A stretch of DNA of 32,000 nt from Nanobdella aerobiophila (GCF_023169545.1 NZ_AP019769.1:570001-602000); one strand, 5' to 3'. Counted from the first letter of the stretch, positions 1 through 9,946 are shown. The notes: a model not told the origin generated them from the letters alone. Numbers and translations are program-made.

Positions 1-118
1 ATCCTATTTTAAAATATAAATTTGTAATACCAATATTAAATAATAAAAAAAATAGAAAATTACAGATATATTTATCCTATATATCTATTTTTATTTATTT
101 ATACTTGATTATATTTTT

Positions 119-643
119 ATGAGGATATTTATAGCTATAGATTTACCAGAAGATATTAAAAAAGATATATATAATATATCAAAAAATATTAGAGGTATAA
201 GTGGAAAAATAGTAGAAGAAGAAAATATCCATATAACATTAAAATTTTTAGGACAAATAAATCAAGAAACATTAAATAAAATAAATAAAAAATTATCAAG
301 TATTAATTATAATAAATTTTATATTAATATTGGAGACTTCGGATATTTCAATAATAGAGTCTTATGGATAAAGATCCTAAATAAAGAAAATATAATTAAT
401 TTACATAATATTATAGATAATAAATTGTATGAATTGAATATACAGAAAGATATTGATTATGAACCTCATATAACAATATATAGAATCAAAAATATAAAAA
501 ATGATAACTATTTAAAAGAATACCTAAATGAAAATAAAAAAATATATAGTAATATATTGATTGATAAGTTTTATATTAAAGAGAGCATATTGATGACACA
601 TGGTCCAGTATACAGAAATTTATATGAATATAAACTATTATAA
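119..643 (+). CDS. thpR: 2H phosphoesterase: RNA 2',3'-cyclic phosphodiesterase / 2'-5' RNA ligase family (ThpR/LigT)
   Basis: 174-aa ORF with two H-x-T-x motifs (HITLKF at aa 38, HITIYR at aa 117), the defining pair of the 2H superfamily. The N-terminus MRIFIAIDLP is typical of LigT. Confidence 0.8.
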   Translation: MRIFIAIDLPEDIKKDIYNISKNIRGISGKIVEEENIHITLKFLGQINQETLNKINKKLSSINYNKFYINIGDFGYFNNRVLWIKILNKENIINLHNIIDNKLYELNIQKDIDYEPHITIYRIKNIKNDNYLKEYLNENKKIYSNILIDKFYIKESILMTHGPVYRNLYEYKLL

Positions 644-668
644 AACTTACTATTATAATTAAGTTATT

Positions 669-866
669 ATGGCTAATGAATTATTACCTGAGATAAAAAA
701 TAGAAAATTTGACAGGATATTTATATGTAGAAGATGTGGGTCCAGGATAAGAGCGGACCCTGAAAAAGTAAGATCTGGACTGATAAAATGTAGAAAATGT
801 AAATCAAAATCGCTAAGATTAAAGAAATCAGAGATAATATTAGTAGCTGCAAAGACTGCTAAATGA
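669..866 (+). CDS. rpl40e: 50S ribosomal protein L40e
   Basis: 65-aa basic ORF with a CxxC...CxxC zinc ribbon (ICRRCGSRI...KCRKCKSKSLRLKK) matching the archaeal L40e pattern. Its stop overlaps the next start (ATGA). Confidence 0.8.
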   Translation: MANELLPEIKNRKFDRIFICRRCGSRIRADPEKVRSGLIKCRKCKSKSLRLKKSEIILVAAKTAK

Positions 867-1966
867 ATTATCAGTTATCTTTATCAGGCTCTACAGAACT
901 AGATATATTAATATTATTTTTTGTTGTAAATATTATTTTTATAGTACTAAAAATTTTGTTTAGAAAGAATGTAGATTATAAATTTATATACGGAATGGTA
1001 AAAACTGAAAAATATACATATATAATGGAAAGCTTATCAAAAGGATTATATGCTAAAATATTGTCTATATCATCTTTAATAATTTCCCCTATATTAATCT
1101 TCTCTTCTTTAATATTCTTAATATTTGGCTTAGTAACTAGAACACCGACTTATGCTCCTGTAATACCAGGTGCTTCATATGGACCAATCACATTACCATT
1201 AGCACAAACGATAATATCAATATTTATTGCAGCTTTTATACATGAACTTTCTCATGGAGTCTTATCATTTAGAAATAAAATAAAAATAAAGGATTGGGGC
1301 TTTTTCTATTTAGGACCTTTATTAGGCGCATTTGTTGATCCGAATGAAGAAGAAATAAATAAGACTAGTAAAAAAGAGCAATTAAAAATATATGGTGCTG
1401 GTGCTACAATAAATATAATAGCAGGCTTCATATTTTTGTTTATTTTATTAATATTTAATCAGTTGACTACTACTTTTAATCTTGCAAAACCCTATGTTAG
1501 TATAGTAAGTACAATTCCAGGTACTTATGCTTATGGTGTAATACCAAACGATAGTATACTATATTCCATAAATAATTATAATATATCATATTTAAACCAG
1601 ATTCAGGAAGTATTGAATAAATATTCTCCAGGTCAAAATGTTACAATATATACAAATAAAGGTACATATGATATAGAACTTGTAGATAAGTATAATGAAA
1701 CATTTCTAGGGGTATATGTAGAACAAGAATATAATTATGCATCTAATATTATACCATTTACAGGATCTTTATTATTATGGTTATTTATAATAAATCTAGG
1801 TCTCGGTATAGGAAATATGATACCAATATACCCCTTGGACGGTGGTAGAGCGCTTAAAGCTTTATTAGAAGCGAAATTTGAGGAGAAAAAAGCCAAAAAA
1901 ATAATGAATATAATATCAATTATTATAGTTATATTAATACTATATAATATTAGTTTTCTGTTCTAG
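863..1966 (+). CDS. Site-2 protease, peptidase M50 family, polytopic membrane metalloprotease with PDZ-like insert
   Basis: 367 aa with several hydrophobic helices. It has the HExxH motif (IHELSHG) and the second M50 motif NMIPIYPLDGGR. Confidence 0.8.
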   Translation: MNYQLSLSGSTELDILILFFVVNIIFIVLKILFRKNVDYKFIYGMVKTEKYTYIMESLSKGLYAKILSISSLIISPILIFSSLIFLIFGLVTRTPTYAPVIPGASYGPITLPLAQTIISIFIAAFIHELSHGVLSFRNKIKIKDWGFFYLGPLLGAFVDPNEEEINKTSKKEQLKIYGAGATINIIAGFIFLFILLIFNQLTTTFNLAKPYVSIVSTIPGTYAYGVIPNDSILYSINNYNISYLNQIQEVLNKYSPGQNVTIYTNKGTYDIELVDKYNETFLGVYVEQEYNYASNIIPFTGSLLLWLFIINLGLGIGNMIPIYPLDGGRALKALLEAKFEEKKAKKIMNIISIIIVILILYNISFLF

Positions 1967-2528
1967 AAGATTTTCTTATAAATATTTTATCTGTCAATAA
2001 GTTATATATCTCTCCTACATAATCTACCTTCCTCCTTATATCATAATTTTTAAATTCCATATATAACATGTTTTTATATATATCATATATAATGTTTCTG
2101 GCCTCTTCAGCGAATGAAAGATTATTTTTTAACATTTCTTCCACAGATTTTCTGTATAATTCGCCTACAAAATCCATCAAACCCAGTACATATGAATTTT
2201 CATCTACATTTATATCTTTGTTTTTTATTATTTTCTTATTTATTATATAATTATAAAATATTAGTGCCTCTGCATATTCTTGAAAGCTTATAACAACATT
2301 ATTATACAACCTTGGTTCTAACTTTAATATCTCATCAACTTCCTTTTTATAATTATTTATCTCTTCTATATATTTATTAGCAGAATCTATATCACCTCTT
2401 ATTATAGAATATATTATAGATTTTGATAGTCTATTTATCTTTATGCTTTTTTCTATTACTCTGTCTCTATAATTCTCATATTCTTTAAATTTATTTTTTA
2501 AATAGTCTATATATTCTTTTTCTATCAT
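1950..2528 (-). CDS. Translin-family protein (archaeal COG2178-type predicted RNA-binding protein)
   Basis: 192 aa. It matches the translin pattern in SFQEYAEAL, YVLGLMDFVGELYR and a C-terminal IRRKVD. Its 3' end overlaps the convergent M50 gene by 17 nt. Confidence 0.65.
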   Translation of the reverse strand: MIEKEYIDYLKNKFKEYENYRDRVIEKSIKINRLSKSIIYSIIRGDIDSANKYIEEINNYKKEVDEILKLEPRLYNNVVISFQEYAEALIFYNYIINKKIIKNKDINVDENSYVLGLMDFVGELYRKSVEEMLKNNLSFAEEARNIIYDIYKNMLYMEFKNYDIRRKVDYVGEIYNLLTDKIFIRKSSRTEN

Positions 2529-2533
2529 AATAA

Positions 2534-3640
2534 TTAAGAGAATAAATGTTTTATATATATTGTTGCAAAAGAACCTTTTCCCAATATAAATTCTATAACT
2601 ATATTATTTTTTATTTTATAATCCACATCTTTTACTTCGGATAATATATATCTTTCAGTTGAATATAAGGATAAAGATGGTTTATCTTTATTGTATAAAT
2701 TTTCGATTTTTAATCCCTCTCTATCTAATATATCCTTATGAAAATTCTTATTTTTCATATCAAATCCTATTAATTCTAATTTTTTATCCATAAATTTTTC
2801 TATATTATCTTTACATATATATAGTTCTTGAATTTTATTATTTATCTTTGAATTACAATTATTATTTTTTAATATATAAGATAGTTCTTCATTCCATAAA
2901 TAAGATTGATAAGAATGTATATACATTTTTAATAATCTTTTTGGTATGTATTTTAATGCCCTATAATAATTTTTTTCTCTTATCAAATATCCTAATATCC
3001 CCCTCTCTATATCTAGATAATTTGGAAATAGACTTAGTGCATTTTTAAAATCTCCCCAGTGTTCTTTTAAATACTTTCTAGCCTCTATAGCTTTAATATT
3101 ATTTTCATTATTATAATCTATTAATATTATTCTTATTGCATTCTCATAATCTCTATTAATTAAATATTTCCCGACTATATGATTATTTAATCTACTACCA
3201 AACCTCTGTTCATCAAAATAATTGAAATAATATTTATTAAATATCTCTATATTATCCTTAAACCTTTTTATTTCTTCATTATTTAGATCTCTAATTACTA
3301 TCCTAAAGTAATTTCCATCTATATCAGAAATCTTTAAAGGTTCCTCATAAGATCCTACATATTTTAATTTGACATTACCAAAATTATATTCCTCTCTAAA
3401 ATCATTAAAATTCCTTATACATATATATTGCTCGGATATTGTGTTCTTATCTTTTTCTCCGGCAAAATATATCTTCCTTTTCGATATATGCAGTTTCCTT
3501 GCAATAATCTTTATCGCATTTATAGTACTTATATTTTCCTTTTTCATTAAAAAATATCTAAATAAATCTCCTTCTTTTTTCTTATCTAAATTTATTATTT
3601 CTTTAACATAAAAATCTTCGGGCTTTTCCTTTATTTTCAT
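2534..3640 (-). CDS. truD: tRNA pseudouridine synthase TruD/Pus7 family
   Basis: 368 aa. The N-terminus KEKPEDFYVKEI matches the TruD PEDF-V-EI start, and the catalytic-Asp motif is GEKDKNTISEQ (GxKD...Q). Confidence 0.8.
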   Translation of the reverse strand: MKIKEKPEDFYVKEIINLDKKKEGDLFRYFLMKKENISTINAIKIIARKLHISKRKIYFAGEKDKNTISEQYICIRNFNDFREEYNFGNVKLKYVGSYEEPLKISDIDGNYFRIVIRDLNNEEIKRFKDNIEIFNKYYFNYFDEQRFGSRLNNHIVGKYLINRDYENAIRIILIDYNNENNIKAIEARKYLKEHWGDFKNALSLFPNYLDIERGILGYLIREKNYYRALKYIPKRLLKMYIHSYQSYLWNEELSYILKNNNCNSKINNKIQELYICKDNIEKFMDKKLELIGFDMKNKNFHKDILDREGLKIENLYNKDKPSLSLYSTERYILSEVKDVDYKIKNNIVIEFILGKGSFATIYIKHLFS

Positions 3641-3642
3641 TA

Positions 3643-4779
3643 TTATAGTTCAAACTCCCAGTCCCACATTTCCTTCGCTAATTTTCCATCATACATATAT
3701 TTATTTATATTTATATTTTTTCTTCTATCCTGTATTTCTTTTATAAAAGACCATATCTTTTCTATGGTATAACTCTTTAGTTCGCCAGTAGTTAATTCAC
3801 CCTGTATATACTTTTCTCTTATCTCGAATAATTTTTTATCATCTTCTTCAAATAATACAGATAACCAGAAATAAGAAACATCTATATCTGGATTTCCACC
3901 ATATTTTCTATGCTCTTCTAAAGTAGGCTTTCCACCTGAAAATGCATATTTATTTATCTTTTCTTTTATTGTATCATAATCATCATCTATAAATATTGCA
4001 GATTTCGGATCTGAAGCACTCATCTTGGTATATGGTCCTTGTAATCCCCATACAAACTTAGATAATATCGTAGAAGCCTTATTATATCCAAATTTTGGAG
4101 CAATATCCCTCTGTAATCTAAAATATGGATCCTGATCCACTCCACATGGTATTAATGGTACTCCATTTTCAAAGAATGTTGGTACTATCTGTAATGCTAT
4201 ATAGAATGGTAATCCTATAGTAGATTCATCATCGAAGCCGAACACATTTTTAGCAGTATTTAGATTTATTTCCCTTGCTATATATATTGCAGGTTTGTAT
4301 AGATGATCTATATATTCAGAATTTATAAATATAAATGTTTTATCTGGATTAAACCCTACCGATGCTATTGTTTTTGCATCTTCAATTGCATATTCTTTTA
4401 TTTCGCTATAATTATCCGCTTTTTTCTCCCAATATTTTTCTTCATCTGGTATCTGTATATATAAATTTACATCAAACTTGTCCTGAAGCCATTTAGTAAA
4501 TATAAATGGTATTAGATGTCCTATATGCATCTTACTTTTAGAAGGAGCTCTACCAGTATATAAGAAGAATTTTTTACCATTATTATACTCATTTAATAAT
4601 ATATCAAAGTCTCTATGAGCATAAAAAAATCTTCTTCTTATTAGTACATGTAAATCTCCAACAATATCATACAATAAATTTATTATATTATCATTTAATT
4701 CTTTTACACCAAAAATCTCGACTAATCTTTTATAATCATTTTCAGATTTTATATTAGGATCTATTAATATATTATCCAT
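3643..4779 (-). CDS. trpS: Tryptophanyl-tRNA synthetase, archaeal/eukaryotic type
   Basis: 378 aa. Class I signatures are present: a HIGH-type motif (SKMHIGHLIPF) and KMSAS, the TrpRS variant of KMSKS. Confidence 0.9.
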   Translation of the reverse strand: MDNILIDPNIKSENDYKRLVEIFGVKELNDNIINLLYDIVGDLHVLIRRRFFYAHRDFDILLNEYNNGKKFFLYTGRAPSKSKMHIGHLIPFIFTKWLQDKFDVNLYIQIPDEEKYWEKKADNYSEIKEYAIEDAKTIASVGFNPDKTFIFINSEYIDHLYKPAIYIAREINLNTAKNVFGFDDESTIGLPFYIALQIVPTFFENGVPLIPCGVDQDPYFRLQRDIAPKFGYNKASTILSKFVWGLQGPYTKMSASDPKSAIFIDDDYDTIKEKINKYAFSGGKPTLEEHRKYGGNPDIDVSYFWLSVLFEEDDKKLFEIREKYIQGELTTGELKSYTIEKIWSFIKEIQDRRKNININKYMYDGKLAKEMWDWEFEL

Positions 4780-4780
4780 T

Positions 4781-4789
4781 TTTATAAAT
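4781..4789 (+). promoter_or_regulatory. Candidate TATA box (TTTATAAAT) for tRNA-Ser
   Basis: The motif lies 27-35 nt upstream of tRNA position 1. AT-rich background makes chance matches common. Confidence 0.3.
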
Positions 4790-4815
4790 AATTAAAAAAC
4801 ACTTATAAGTAATAT

Positions 4816-4899
4816 GCCGTGGTGCCCGAGTGGTCCAAGGGGTTTGGCTCGAGACCAAATCTCCGTAAGGAGACGTGGGTTCAAATCCCACCCACGGCG
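4816..4899 (+). tRNA. tRNA-Ser (anticodon CGA)
   Basis: 84 nt. Acceptor stem is GCCGTGG/CCACGGC and the anticodon stem is TTTGG/CCAAA with loop CTCGAGA. It has a long variable arm (CTCC-GTAA-GGAG), T arm GTGGG-TTCAAAT-CCCAC and discriminator G. There is no intron and no encoded CCA. Confidence 0.9.
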
Positions 4900-4916
4900 A
4901 TTTTATAAAATAAAAA

Positions 4917-5546
4917 ATGATATATCTTTTAATGGACGAAGAAACAAAGGAAAACATAATTGATGCTGTAAATAATATAATATATGGATTCAAAATACTC
5001 TTTTTTATTCCAATAATTATAATAATGATATACCTATTTATATTTATAATACCAAATATTATTTATTTAATAAATACTTACATATATATTCTCTACCTAG
5101 ATAATTTTTTTGAGTTTTACATTATGGTAATAATATTATATCTAATTGGAATATTATTATATGCACTATCTATATATGAATTTTCAAAGGGATTTGAATC
5201 TATAAATAATATAAAGGATATAAACATTAAATATCTATTCAAAATTATTAATATTTCTATTATATTATCACTTACTGTAATTTTATCGCCTTTATTATCT
5301 ATTTCAAATATACTATTAGGGAATAAATTAAGATTAATAGGAAAATTATTTAATAATAAAAATATAATCATATATTCAAAATATTTTATTATATCTAGTA
5401 CATCTGGTATTTTATCTATAATCTATTTTTTAAATATTGCAGATATATTAAAATCCATTTTTGGAATTTTTGGTCTTTTACTTGCAATTATATTATTATA
5501 TAGTATTAATAAATTGCATAATGAATTTCAAAGATATATAGTCTAG
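4917..5546 (+). CDS. Hypothetical polytopic membrane protein
   Basis: 209 aa with about 5-6 strongly hydrophobic segments and no recognised catalytic motif. The start may instead be the ATG at 4932 (MDEETKEN), which places TTTTATAA 23-30 nt upstream. Confidence 0.5.
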   Translation: MIYLLMDEETKENIIDAVNNIIYGFKILFFIPIIIIMIYLFIFIIPNIIYLINTYIYILYLDNFFEFYIMVIILYLIGILLYALSIYEFSKGFESINNIKDINIKYLFKIINISIILSLTVILSPLLSISNILLGNKLRLIGKLFNNKNIIIYSKYFIISSTSGILSIIYFLNIADILKSIFGIFGLLLAIILLYSINKLHNEFQRYIV

Positions 5547-6079
5547 ATAATATTTTCCATATTTTCTTCTATTCTATTTAGGTCTTCACCTAGATTATAT
5601 ATCGAATCTCTTCCCTTTAAAGTTATAAGATTTTTATCAACATAATATTCATGCTTAGTTATTAATTTAACTCCCGAATTATTAAAATATTTTATATATT
5701 CTGGAAATTCGTCATAATTATATGTTATTGATCTTCCAGTCAATAGACCCATCTTTAAAAATGCAATTTGTGCAAGCGAGCATAATATAACTGTCTTAAA
5801 AGAATTTAAAAATCTAGTGAATATTGCTTGAATTTCTAGACTAAGAAAATCTTTAAATCCCTCATCTGATATAAATATTATTCTATCGAAATGATTCTCT
5901 TTCATAGTAAATATTTCATTTATATCAAAATCTGGTAATACTTTAGTATTATATATACCTGTACTCACTTCCCTATTTTTATTTGCTATATAATTTGTGC
6001 CATCCAATATATCTAAAAAATTAAATAGATCATCATCATTGAATTTTTTTCTAGGTAGGACAATTAGGTTCATTTTCAT
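5543..6079 (-). CDS. DJ-1/PfpI-like (class I glutamine-amidotransferase-like fold) protein
   Basis: 178 aa. The pattern FDRIIFISDEG...KTVILCSLAQIAFLKMGLLTGRSIT...VDKNLITLKG follows the DJ-1/PfpI layout, including a Cys at the nucleophile-elbow position. The assignment rests on motif resemblance only. Confidence 0.5.
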   Translation of the reverse strand: MKMNLIVLPRKKFNDDDLFNFLDILDGTNYIANKNREVSTGIYNTKVLPDFDINEIFTMKENHFDRIIFISDEGFKDFLSLEIQAIFTRFLNSFKTVILCSLAQIAFLKMGLLTGRSITYNYDEFPEYIKYFNNSGVKLITKHEYYVDKNLITLKGRDSIYNLGEDLNRIEENMENII

Positions 6080-6142
6080 ATTCTAAATTAACTATCTCAA
6101 TATATTAAAATTTTTAATAATAGAAATATTTTATCTTATAAT

Positions 6143-7831
6143 ATGCCAGATAATAATATTAATCTAGATACATTAAGAAATGAGAAAATCGAAGATAATA
6201 AACATAAATATATGGAAATAAAAATTATATTTGACAGTCAAAATATAAAATTTGAACAAATATACTATTGGTTACTTGACTTTATTAGAGACAACTTAAA
6301 AATGAATATTAGTAAACTATCGGACGATTTTACATCATCTGTAGGATCTGCATTTTTCGGAGAAATGAGTTCCAGAGCTTCTGCAGTATTAGCAACTGCC
6401 AGATCCGCAGCAGAATTAATTAATAATCTTACAAAATCAATAATATCGATTCTAGACGAATATAAACAAATACAATCAAAAATTATATTATATGAGAAGG
6501 TTTTATCTAATGATAAAGATGAGGCATACAGCGCATATATAACATTAAAAGATATATGGTTGAACAATGTAGATTCTACTAGAGGAGGAGCAAGTTTATT
6601 TTCTATAGCCAGAGGATCTAGAAATAGTCTAGGATACTCTACTGCACCAGACTTATTTTATCTAACTGAGATAAAATCAGAAGTACAAAAATTATTGGAT
6701 AAAAACCTAATTGGTAAAGCTTTATTTGATAAATTATTTAATGAACCATCAAATATTCCAAGGGATATAGGAGAGGTTAAAAATAAGAAAATTGTAAATG
6801 AAAAGGTTTCTAATATTGTAGATATTAGATTACAAGAATATTACAATTGGTTTGAATCTAATAGAAAATTTTTATATGACAGATATAATCTACTAAAGTC
6901 GTATTTAAAACATCAATTAAGTTCATTATTATATTATACTGAATACGCGAAACCATATTTCAAGTTCGCTAGAAAGTTACTGCAAAATCCAAATCAGCCT
7001 GTAGACATAATAAATGCATTAGAAACTGCAATTATAGATTTATCATTATTGTCTGTAGGAAAAGAAAATTCGATAAATACATATAATGCCGAAAAGGATA
7101 CGGTAGAACAAAAATTGTATATACCTGTATATGATATACAGATAAGATCTAGAGCATTTCCTACAATAATTAATAGAATAGAGAGATCTGGTATGTATAC
7201 ATTTATTGGTAGGACAGATATTAATTTTAGGGTATATCTATTGGAAAAATCAGAATACGAAAACTTAATAATTAATCAAGAAGAAGAGGATTTATTATAT
7301 ATTACAGGACTAACAGATGATTATATAAAAGATATTTCAGATCTAATCTTAGAATCATTTCTTTATGATATTATAAGGAATGATAATAACTTATTAAAGA
7401 TAACTGCAGAGAAATCAAAAGTTACAGAAGCAGATATTAAGAATAATCCATATAAAATAAGATGGTCTAAAGAATTATTAGAAGAATTAGAAAAGGATCA
7501 AAAAATTAAAAAGGCTCTTGGTAGTATTATGTGGATAAAAAAATATTTACCAGAAAATAAAGAAGAAAAAAAGGAAGAAAATAAGGAAAAAAAGAAATCT
7601 GAATCTTCAATTAAGTATATATTTCCATCATTAAACGAGATTTTTGTTAGAATACTAGAATTTATAACAACTTATAAAAAAGATTTGATCTCCATATCAA
7701 AGGATATAAAGAAAAAACAGTTTCAAAAAGAAAGAGATGATGCTATGAATGATTTAAAAGATAAAACTATAGATACTGGTTGGAAGATTTATACCTCATT
7801 TAAGAAAACATTTGGCATGCTAACTTATTAA
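6143..7831 (+). CDS. Hypothetical 562-aa soluble protein with no recognisable family
   Basis: Long ORF with the codon style of neighbouring genes. It has no TM segments and no Walker or catalytic motifs that I can recognise. A Lys/Glu-rich low-complexity stretch (PENKEEKKEENKEKKKSES) lies near the C-terminus. The next gene follows after 22 nt. Confidence 0.6.
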   Translation: MPDNNINLDTLRNEKIEDNKHKYMEIKIIFDSQNIKFEQIYYWLLDFIRDNLKMNISKLSDDFTSSVGSAFFGEMSSRASAVLATARSAAELINNLTKSIISILDEYKQIQSKIILYEKVLSNDKDEAYSAYITLKDIWLNNVDSTRGGASLFSIARGSRNSLGYSTAPDLFYLTEIKSEVQKLLDKNLIGKALFDKLFNEPSNIPRDIGEVKNKKIVNEKVSNIVDIRLQEYYNWFESNRKFLYDRYNLLKSYLKHQLSSLLYYTEYAKPYFKFARKLLQNPNQPVDIINALETAIIDLSLLSVGKENSINTYNAEKDTVEQKLYIPVYDIQIRSRAFPTIINRIERSGMYTFIGRTDINFRVYLLEKSEYENLIINQEEEDLLYITGLTDDYIKDISDLILESFLYDIIRNDNNLLKITAEKSKVTEADIKNNPYKIRWSKELLEELEKDQKIKKALGSIMWIKKYLPENKEEKKEENKEKKKSESSIKYIFPSLNEIFVRILEFITTYKKDLISISKDIKKKQFQKERDDAMNDLKDKTIDTGWKIYTSFKKTFGMLTY

Positions 7832-7853
7832 TAACAAAATTTTTATAATATAT

Positions 7854-9914
7854 ATGCCTGAAGAAAAAAAATATCCTAAAGAATTATTTAATAGACCTAT
7901 AAGTACTAGTACAAATCCTCAGAATCCAAATCAATTAAAAGAGTTTGAAGAAAAGGTAAGACAGGGTTATTCAGGTGTAGAAGTACAAACAGAGAGTTTC
8001 GAAAGATGGAAAACCATACCAAAAATAATTTTTGAAGAGATAGCAAGAAATGCAAGAGTAAATAATGTAGATTTATCTATCCATGCACCAGAAAACGATT
8101 TCCAAATAATGGGTATACATACTGGGAGAGATGAAAATGCAGGAAAAATTGACAGAGAAAGTAAAAAAAATATAAGCTATGCCGTATCTGCTATTTTTGA
8201 TGCCTCAAAAACTATGTCTGAAATATATAATAAACCAATAAAAGTAAATATTCATGGAGGGGATATATCTGGAACTATATGGACTAAAGATTATGAAGAA
8301 GAATTAAAGAAAAAGTTATTAACTGACTATAATTATAGAAAAGAATTTGCTGAAAAATTATATAAAATGGGGTTCATAACTACTCAACAATATAATAATA
8401 TATTAAATAGAAATATAGATACTGAAACCTTATATAATAATATACCATCATGGGCTTTAGCAGAATCAGAACTTGTATATCTTAAAAGAGGAGATGAATA
8501 TATTCCAGTAAATAAAATAGGTATTGAAAAAGGATTTTCAAAGATCATAAAAGAAGGAATAAAAGAAAGCGTGGTAGATAAATTATATGAAAGTAATGAA
8601 AAATATTGGATGTCGATAATAAGTGAAATAGAAAAAGGTTTTATGCAGATTTCAAAGACATATAAAAATGATATGAATAATTTCTTTCAAAATATATTAT
8701 ATAAAGCATATTATAGCGCTGGCGATACTAGATCAATAGGAGATTTATTATATACTATAAAAAATTATGAAAATATAATAAATGGATTTAAAGCATATAT
8801 AGATATATTAGAATCTAATATAGATTCTATAGAAGATAATCAATTTAAAGAAAAAGTCAAGACTGAAATAGAAACATGGAAAAAAGGTTTAGAATATTCG
8901 TACAATAAAATAAGCCAATATGATAAAGATATATCAAAATTATTAGAAAAAGGAAATTTTTATGAAGATGAAAATACAGTTAGACAATTCATTTTCAATA
9001 GATCTATTGAATTAGTTAATAATATGAAGGACTCATATGAATTTATGAAACAAATACTATATATAATTAAAAATACTGTATTTTCTGATAGATTTGTTCC
9101 ATTAATAGTTCCATTTCAAGAAGTAGCCATAAATGAAGGACCAAAAAATTTAGCAAATGGAGTTAGATTACTAATAGAAAGAGAAAAACAAAAAGACCCA
9201 CAATGGGCGGAAAAGATAGCAGATTACTTACCAGATATTGTTATAGAAGAATCTTATCCAGGATCACCTGCATCAAGACCTGATCTATGGAAAAAATTAA
9301 TTGATAATATAAAAGTTGAATTAAAAAAAGTAATAGAAGAAAATCCAGAGTTAAAGAAAAAAATAGAAGAAAAATATAAAGATATAAATAATTATATAGA
9401 TGAAAAAGTAGGCGCGAATCTAGATGTTGGACATATAAAAATGTATGAAAAATATGGATATACAAAAGAAGATATATTAAAATGGGTAGAAGAAATAAAA
9501 CCAGAAATTAAACATTTACATGTTCATGAAGCACAGTGGGGAGGGGATACACACCTACCACTGGGACTTGGGTGGGATGATATAATTGCATCAGAATTAG
9601 AAAAGTTACAAGATATATTGCCGAATATATCTATTGTTCATGAACCAGGTGGATGGTATTCATCTGGACTTTCTCAATCGTTCGGTTCTGAATATAATTA
9701 TTATATAAATGGAATTAACTCTACAGATATTTATGGATTAAATTATGGAGAATCATTTAATACAATTATACCATATGGAACTAGATCGATAACTCCAAAT
9801 TATATACAATATACACAATATTCACCACTATCATATAATATTTTTACTCAATTACCATTAGACCTTGGTGGATCTAGAAAAAGAGAAACATTTTCTGGCC
9901 TAGGAACCGATTAA
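7854..9914 (+). CDS. Endonuclease IV / xylose-isomerase-like TIM-barrel (AP endonuclease family 2-like) protein with a large internal insertion
   Basis: 686 aa. Candidate metal ligands appear in Nfo order: H77 (SIHAPE), H134 (NIHGGD), E465 (VIEES), D524-x2-H527 (LDVGH), H556/H558 (HLHVHE), D565-x-H567 (GDTH) and E597 (VHEPG). About 300 aa of helical sequence separates the second His from the Glu. The C-terminal tail is rich in Tyr, Asn and Ser. Confidence 0.55.
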   Translation: MPEEKKYPKELFNRPISTSTNPQNPNQLKEFEEKVRQGYSGVEVQTESFERWKTIPKIIFEEIARNARVNNVDLSIHAPENDFQIMGIHTGRDENAGKIDRESKKNISYAVSAIFDASKTMSEIYNKPIKVNIHGGDISGTIWTKDYEEELKKKLLTDYNYRKEFAEKLYKMGFITTQQYNNILNRNIDTETLYNNIPSWALAESELVYLKRGDEYIPVNKIGIEKGFSKIIKEGIKESVVDKLYESNEKYWMSIISEIEKGFMQISKTYKNDMNNFFQNILYKAYYSAGDTRSIGDLLYTIKNYENIINGFKAYIDILESNIDSIEDNQFKEKVKTEIETWKKGLEYSYNKISQYDKDISKLLEKGNFYEDENTVRQFIFNRSIELVNNMKDSYEFMKQILYIIKNTVFSDRFVPLIVPFQEVAINEGPKNLANGVRLLIEREKQKDPQWAEKIADYLPDIVIEESYPGSPASRPDLWKKLIDNIKVELKKVIEENPELKKKIEEKYKDINNYIDEKVGANLDVGHIKMYEKYGYTKEDILKWVEEIKPEIKHLHVHEAQWGGDTHLPLGLGWDDIIASELEKLQDILPNISIVHEPGGWYSSGLSQSFGSEYNYYINGINSTDIYGLNYGESFNTIIPYGTRSITPNYIQYTQYSPLSYNIFTQLPLDLGGSRKRETFSGLGTD

Positions 9915-9946
9915 CCTTTTATAAATATTTTTAATTAGTCTTATAT

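Noticed and set aside
2068-3611. Plus-strand ORFs 2068-2250, 2848-3048 and 3369-3611
   Set aside because: They lie entirely inside the translin-like and TruD genes on the opposite strand. Their Ile/Leu/Phe-rich low-complexity translations are typical antisense shadows in AT-rich DNA.
4772-4993. 73-aa minus-strand ORF from the ORF track
   Set aside because: It runs antisense straight through the well-formed tRNA-Ser gene (4816-4899) and has no recognisable motifs. It is an artefact of the GC-rich tRNA sequence lacking stop codons.
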